Shown here: piece after piece, positions 56,431-64,000 of the stretch
Position numbering within the stretch: the stretch's first letter is position 1
Layout of the letters: each line of letters opens with the position of its first letter
Assembly (NCBI GenBank): GCA_964016885.1
Contig: OZ024742.1
Span: forward strand, 87,606,001 to 87,670,000
DNA from: Eledone cirrhosa
Taxonomy: Eukaryota
Length of the DNA: 64,000 nt
Direction: 5' to 3'
Program-made: the position numbers and the translations under genes
The notes under the pieces: generated by a model
Databases searched by the model: none
What the model was told of the DNA's origin: nothing
Seen by the model: only the letters and a program-made list of their open reading frames with translations

Positions 56431-59223
56431 ACAGATTTATGATACAACATTTAGTTACATATAAACATTTTATTTTATTGACACCGAGCGGCAAAATGTT
56501 GAACGTGATTTATCTTATAAACATTACATTGAGAATGATACTACAGTATTATGTAGCTGACGGTCAATTGTATTTATTTGAATTTTTTTCATATATAATA
56601 TGTGTGCATATTTCTATTTTATTCCTTTCTTTGGTATAAGATTCATTGATTTACGTTTCATGTCACATACATATATTCATATAAATTGCGCATTTTATAA
56701 AGAGGGAACCATTTATTCAAAATAGCTTAATATACACGCAAATAATACCAGTTGCGATTTGAAATATAAATTAAAATCCATATTCAAATTTCGAGTGTAT
56801 TTCTATTATGACATTCATTGAAAATTGATATAATTTTTAATTCATAAAATATTATTAAAATCAATAAAAAATACATTATAAGTTTTTTTTCTTTTTTTGT
56901 AAGTGTGACTATCCAACTGTAAGTTTATCAATAATTCGTTTTTGTGCATGTATAATACCATTTACATTTTTATACAAAATTCCTTTAAAATAATTGATTT
57001 CAAAATTATGTTTGGAGTGTGACATTATTAATTTGCAAAGTGTTAACTCATAGTAAGATTAATCGAATTTAATTCAAAAAAATAAAATCAAGTATTATTA
57101 TAACGAAACTCAAATTAGGTGCTTTTCCTATACGCTTTCCAACGTAGGGAATCATAGTATGCTGCAGATCTTGTCCAAGATAGAGAAATCCCACAAAATA
57201 TATGTTGTTTTTGAATTCTTATGCATTACATTTATGAAATTGTACGACAATAATTTACTGTATATAAAAAGGCAGCCAGCTAGTAATAATATTAGTAACA
57301 AAGATTATTGCGAAAATTTCACATGCAATTGTTTGGTTAAAAAATATAAATTTATTATCATTAACATTGGTAGATATAGCTCGTTTTTATTGGTCGTTCT
57401 TGATTAGTTGTGTAGTTGATACATTTTCAACTAGACTCGTACAAGCTGCTCTACATATAATCAGTTTTTTCTTGCAATCATATCAAATCATCCACTCATT
57501 AGTGACCTGATTTCTCCCGGATAAATAGATAACTTTTTCTACCGTACTTTACGGGATGTAATCTCTTGGCATGCATTGCATTTCAACCCATTCTCATAGA
57601 AATTTACTTTGAAGTGTATTTATATCCTCAAGGAATTTTTGTGTCTGTTTTTCTATCTATTTTGGAATGCGTCTTCCACTCATTTGGCAAGACACGCATG
57701 AACATGTTTGATCGATATTTACTTAAACCTTGCGTGTGTATTAAGTAAAATTGATATTTATTTTTTAATAAATCTGAAATTATTTCTATACGCATGGACA
57801 GACAATTTTCTAACTAAATGGGACAGTGTCTGAATGGCTACGATACGATTTGTTTGCTGTCGTTTATATGTGCCGTGTGTGTATTGATATTGCTGTTATG
57901 GAATCGTTCTTTTCAAAAGGCAAACTTAAAATCAATAAGCAGCCCAGAAAAATGCGAACGTGTTAGATGTTTTTAAACCTCTTGAGCGGAATTATCGCAA
58001 ATATGAGTGAACTTCTTCTGAATAGAATAGCAGGAGAAGCTGAGAGCAGAGAAAATATATTTTTGTATAAGGATACTTAAAGTTCTAAGACAAATTCGAG
58101 GCAGGTGCTAACTTAAGAAATGAGCTGTAAACAGTGTAATGTAGTTTTTATTCAAATTAATGGATTTGATTTCTTATTTAAACTATGGTTGGAATATTCT
58201 CAAAACAATTCTGTGTTCGTTATGGCCTTATTAATTGATAAAATATATCAGCTATTACTTCAATTTCCCTATTAAATTCCGGGATTAAGGTGATAAAATT
58301 CCCCTATATTTCAATATATAAAAGTTCAACCATTATCATTATAATTAATCTAGGCAGCCTCATATAACTGTGGCCTATACATTTCAACATATTTCTTTGT
58401 TAAACATATATTATTCAAGGAATTATTTATATAAATTCCACATTATTAATACAAAACATTTCTTGAATAAAGCAATAGAAATAGTAAATTAGTAATTTTC
58501 TTCCATGTCTGTAACAGAATATTAATTAAATTAATTCATCATAATACATTTTAAATATTTAAGATTTGTTTTTATCTTTCCACATCCCATCCTATAAGAT
58601 TAAACATTTTATAGGGAAAATATATAGGAAATAGTATGCCTTTTAAATTTCTGATAGGAAATGATATAAACAAAAATAAAATATATTTTATAATTATCTA
58701 ATACAATTAGTTACTCGAACAATCAGGAGAAATTAACAGAAGTCACCCGATTACTCGTTTTAGTAAATAGAATATTTAACTTATACAACTATGCAAATTA
58801 TACACATTGAATAGACGCAAACAACATTATATGATGTTTAAAATATATATAGTTGCAGCTCAGCTCTATTCCATGTTACATAATTGCAAAGGAGAATATC
58901 ATAATTCTCTGTTATGTTCAATCCCACTAGACCAGAGTGACACTGAAGAAACCTTTGCTCGTTTATCTAATAAATTTATTGAATGCATTGAAGCTATCCA
59001 AAAACTGAATAGTATTATCATATTACTCAAGGATATTGCATTGAAGACGTTACATTTACATAAAGTTTGTATATAATTTCAAACACATATTACAGAAGTA
59101 TATCACTACACTGAATACGCACATGCACAGAAATACACACACACAAATGGACAGACAAACACACAAACAACAACACACACACGCATATGAAAATATCTAT
59201 CTATCTATCTATCTATCTCTCTA

Positions 59224-59264
<41 letters not shown>

Positions 59265-60669
59265 ATATCTCTATCTCTATCTCTATATAATTACTATTAA
59301 CACAGAGTTATGTACATGAAAGCATATATTATATATATATATATGGAAAAGAATGAAACGAAATTTCATTTCTCACTCTTAGTACGACTGATACCTAGAT
59401 ATAAGTATGTATACGTACATACATATATGTGTATTGACGTACAGTAGTGTGTATATATATACATACATGCACACATATATATATGTATGGAGGTATGGGT
59501 TTACCGAACATTTATTATCATGTTCGGTTTGTTTCATATATATATATATACAAATATATTTAAAAAACTTATACACGTCTCGTAATTGGTATTATCTGGG
59601 GTGACAATCTCACAGATAAATACATAAAGAAAACTCGATACATTTTCTGGAAGATAATAATTGGTATGGAGTCAAACATTAAATTACTGTAACTACCGTA
59701 CAAAATTGTCCTTATGGCTTATATATAGTGCATACTTTGAATCATGTACCCTCATTTCATTTTATGCTCGTTACAGTTTGTTCGTTGAGCCATGTTGAAA
59801 ACCTAAACCTAAGAATACGCTACAACTGCTCTGATTAACATGATATCCACCTTCCGAACACTGGCAAAAGAAAACATTTGTATGTCAATGCATTGATTTA
59901 ACCGATAGTTCCATTATTGTTATAAAGCATATATAGGCATTAAATTGTGCAAATATAAAAGTAGCTACTACCATCATCAACATAGCTTTCATAATCCAGA
60001 TAGTATTATAAGGTCACGAAACATCCAACATCCGCAAAGAAAAGGCCAGGATTGATTTGCTCTCAAAAAAATATCAACCATTAGAAAATCTGAACGCAAT
60101 ATATATAAAACAATTCCGCAATGAAGACGCTACACATGAAGGTGGAGTTTAAGATACTATAAACATATTATATTCACAGTACAGACACCTTAACTATTTA
60201 AACGCTCAAAACAAAAACTGAATACAACTCGCATCCTAACTCATGTCGTGCTACATACAAACATGGAGCATGATGTCTCAATAAATGGGAGCACGTAAAA
60301 ATTACCTCGAGAACAATGAATCTCCTAAGCACTACAAAATAAAAATACTTTAATACACGAACTACAATGCCATCATTTTAAACTTTGAATACTTTAGAAT
60401 TTTAAACTTTAGAATATTTGTACTCTTTCCATATAATTAGACACTAATATTTTCACTTGTTTATCCTAGTAAGTGAAATATACCCTACAGTCAAATGATG
60501 ACGTACTTCATCCATTAATGAAAGATAATTACCTATGCATGCAGAGAAATATTTAGGACAAATGGAATCTTTAAAGACAAAGAGCGTTGATAAAACGAAA
60601 AACACCGCCGCCAAATGATATCTACATATAAACACTATTTTGCCTTTAAAGTTCATTAATAACCAATAA

Positions 60670-60848
60670 CTGTTTCTACTTTAGGCACAAGGCCAGCAAT
60701 TACCCAGTACATTACTGGTACTTTATTTTATCGACCCCGTAAGGATGAAAGGCAAAGTTAACCTCGGCGGGATTTGAACTCAGACTGTAAAGGGACGTAA
60801 CTATGCTAGAAAGCATGGCGTCCAACCCTCTACCGATACTGCCAATTC
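60670..60848 (-). mobile_element. tRNA-derived SINE (family A)
   Basis: Reverse complement of family A from TGTTTCTACTTTAGG to CCGATACTGCCAA; TSD unclear. Confidence 0.92.
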
Positions 60849-61095
60849 ATAATAATTATTTATATTAGCTAAAAACTCGCTAACACATGTCATTGGATAT
60901 ATAAAATGAGATGCATTTGCACCCAAGCCTCTTACGCATTAAATGAAACATTGATAAGTGACAAGTGCCCAACCCACTCCACCCCGATTTACAAAGTAAA
61001 CCTTCCTCCACACAGGAGAAATATAGGCACATCAGATCTAGGAAAGATAGATTCAGCCAACCCTATTTTTATTCCTTTCACTACTCCATCTTTAT

Positions 61096-61141
<46 letters not shown>

Positions 61142-61653
61142 GTGTGTGAGAATTTCTTATATCTAAAGATATACGTTATGTATATAAAAAAATATTTTGA
61201 AAGCCACAGTTATGGTTAGAACATGAGAAAAGTGATTGCTGCTACTTCACTAATTACACTTCCCTAGGACAGCGTAATGGACATGATTTCTCCAGTCGCT
61301 ATCCCTAGGCATTTTGACTAAGTGCAGTCTTTACCCGTTACTAGATATATTATTAGTTATTGGTCATTTAGTCACATCCTTTTCGACATCTATTTCTTTT
61401 TCTCCTTAATGACCTCCTCCGTATTCTTCTTTTCTATGTCTCTTAACTCTTGGGAATTTAGTGTGAAAATGACACCCCCGCTCCTAAACAGGAAACAATA
61501 GTATAAATTAGGGATCTATGAGAGAGTGTTTACGCTATGTCCATATACAAAAATAAAATTACAAGAGCAATGATACCAAAGAAAATATTCATATTTCATA
61601 TGTTGTGTATAAACATATAATGTAGTGCATCTGCCAGTGTATATATATGTATC

Positions 61654-61700
<47 letters not shown>

Positions 61701-61904
61701 ATGTATGTGTGTGTGTGCGTGTATGTGTGTGTATATGTGTGTGCGTGTGCGTGTGCGTGTGCGTATGTCCACCCAAATTTACAATGTGTACACGCATTCC
61801 TTAACCTGTCTAAGAGGTAAGATGTTTTTTCACCTTAACGTCTCCAGGATAGGTGGCTGAATACGGACATGCTTTTTTCTCAATTTCTCGAAACACAGGT
61901 CACT

Positions 61905-61943
<39 letters not shown>

Positions 61944-61947
<4 letters not shown>

Positions 61948-62818
61948 ATAATAATAAATTTGAAGACTAAAATCCAAAGAGGGCTCGATAAGGATAAATA
62001 TATATCAAATATATAAGAAACGTAGAGCAAATATTTATTAAAATAACAGATTAAAGTTTAAACAAAGAATCGCAGCTTTCACCCTTAACGGGATCTTCTG
62101 AAACTAACAAAGTCAATCTGTAAACTGAGAACTGGATATTTCAAAAAACGTTGCAACCGGACGAAGACACGAAGACGATACTTTGGTTCGTGGAAATGTT
62201 CGCTGGCAAAGAACGGGAAAAAACGAATATAATACGTCACTATTAGGAGCGGTGAAAAACAATTACGCGCAAAGACAGAACCACGTGTATGGTATAAAAG
62301 AGGTCATAGACTAATGTTCTCTTACTTGGTGCATAGAGACGTTCTCTGGCAATGAACGAAAAAAAAATAAAACGAAGATAATACGTCATATGTGGACCGT
62401 GGAGAACAATAGCACGCAAAGATAAAACCACGTAAATGGTATAGCAGAAGTCGTAGACTAAAATTCTAACTAGGAGACCGAATGAATCTCCGCGACAGAG
62501 GTAAGAACGCCTATGCACCACCTGCGAGAACATTAGTCTTCGACCTCTTTTATACCATAAACGTGGTTCTGTCTTTGCGCGTAATTGTTTTTCACCGCTC
62601 CTATTAATGACGTATTATATTCGTTTTTTCCCGTTCTTTGCCAGCGAACGTCACCATGAACCAAAGTATCGTCTTCCTGTCTTCCTCCGGTTGCAACGTT
62701 TTTTTGAAATATCCAGTTCTGCGTTTACAGATTGACTTTGTTAGTTTCAGAAGATCCCATTAAGGGTGAAAGCAGCGATTCTTTGCTTAAACTTTAATCT
62801 TTTATTTTAATAAATATA
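61944..62818. repeat. TA-flanked element with ~290-bp inverted arms (62030-62321 / 62526-62818) and an internal direct repeat
   Basis: Arms highly similar (e.g. GCGGTGAAAAACAATTACGCGCAAAGACAGAACCACG vs CGTGGTTCTGTCTTTGCGCGTAATTGTTTTTCACCGC); 62338-62468 is a diverged direct copy of ~62197-62321. Confidence 0.93.
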
Positions 62819-62832
62819 TATATATATATATA

Positions 62833-63031
62833 TAACAAAGGAATTGTGGTAAGGAACCAGATGGACGATAACGCACCAGATTACTCAATACTTAGTGTAG
62901 TAGAGTTGGGAATAGGAGAAAGTATGACCCCGACGGCAGAGATCAAGCCGTTTTGACGGCTATTTTTGAACTCTTTCAGTCCAGAAATAGCTGTCGAATC
63001 GGGTTGAGGTCTGCCGTCGGGGTAATACCTG

Positions 63032-63035
<4 letters not shown>
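62833..63035 (-). repeat. Family B copy, diverged, with partial palindrome (~62914-63034)
   Basis: GACCCCGACGGCAGA...GACGGCTATTT vs AAATAGCTGTC...TCTGCCGTCGGGGT; (TA)n on both sides. Confidence 0.85.
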
Positions 63036-63080
<45 letters not shown>

Positions 63081-63293
63081 AGATATATATATTGAGATAT
63101 ATGTTTATCCCAGGTTCAATTGGTGGTAAGGTACTCAATAAAAAGCAGAGTATAAATATTTAATATAGAAATGGCTTATATATATAGGTGTATGCATATT
63201 TATATCATATAGTCAAAAATATATAAGCATACATGGAAGCGTGTATGTTTATATATGTTGTCGTTTGATACGTATAACGCATATAGACAAAAC

Positions 63294-63368
63294 AAACATG
63301 CATGTTTATGTCGGATCAGCCGCCAAACAACAAAATACACAACAAAATACCCAGCCCCCCCCCCGCCC

Positions 63369-63430
<62 letters not shown>

Positions 63431-63445
63431 GTGTGTGTATATATA

Positions 63446-63491
<46 letters not shown>

Positions 63492-63565
63492 CATATATAT
63501 ATGGGTCGGGGGGGGGGTTGTGTATGTTGTTGTATAAGTGGCTGATCCGACACAAACATGCATGT
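63294..63565. repeat. Inverted arms around a compound microsatellite
   Basis: CATGCATGTTT.TGTCGGATCAGCC...CCCCCCCCCC..CCCAT vs ATGGG..GGGGGGGGGG...GGCTGATCCGACAC.AAACATGCATG. Confidence 0.8.
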
Positions 63566-63620
63566 ATATATATACATGTATATGCGGTGAGGATGGGTCG
63601 GATGTATGAGATTGTTTACG

Positions 63621-63663
<43 letters not shown>

Positions 63664-64000
63664 CGAAAATCAAAGTTAACTATTAACAGAATGCCAGATA
63701 ATGTTTGACGTAGGCCTTGCACGTAATTCCTGAATTAATGTCAATGTAAAATATACAACTTCAATAAACACAAAAAACGTATTTTAAAGAAACACATATT
63801 CTCTTTCTCTCTTATATTCCTTAATGTTGGGTGGGAAAAATATTATTTATCTTAATAAAAATAATCGACGGCTGTATGCAGAATTTTGTCTGCCATATCA
63901 ATGAAAGAACTAACAGAAATTTAAATAAATAAAAATGAAGGGGCAACTCATTTCCAACATCAGCGATAATTTTCTAGCACTCGTATAGAGAACTAGCTGC

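Noticed and set aside
59600-60400. Possible additional PLE remnant (similar hints at 29100-29710 on minus)
   Set aside because: Motifs too degraded to support by eye; needs a profile-HMM or tBLASTn search
62745-62785. Hammerhead-like CAGAAGA-UCCC..GGGU-GAAAG
   Set aside because: Core is CAGA rather than CUGA in both arms, and no valid stem III/NUH site or stem I could be formed

Overview
AT-rich eukaryotic (animal) non-coding DNA full of (TA)n, (CA)n, (GA)n and (TAA)n microsatellites. The SINE family and repeat landscape resemble octopus/coleoid cephalopod genomes (inference from recall, not a database search). No host protein-coding gene can be called with confidence; most listed ORFs are microsatellite artefacts. 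The window is mostly retroelement remains: (1) a ~7.2 kb head-to-tail array of R4/Dong-like RT+RLE non-LTR retrotransposons sitting in (TAA)n tracts (32.5-39.8 kb); (2) several Penelope-like element (PLE) fragments with RT and/or GIY-YIG motifs; (3) degenerate RTE, CR1/L2-like, L1/Tx1-like and Gypsy fragments; (4) five near-complete copies of a tRNA-derived SINE, four with clear TSDs; (5) a Helentron/HINE-like element. The most striking signal is about 11 fold-back (inverted-repeat or palindromic) units of 0.1-0.9 kb next to (TA)n tracts. Several carry minimal type-I hammerhead ribozyme motifs, and one is an inverted duplicate of the sequence that follows a PLE GIY-YIG terminus elsewhere in the window. 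All alignments and folds were done by eye.
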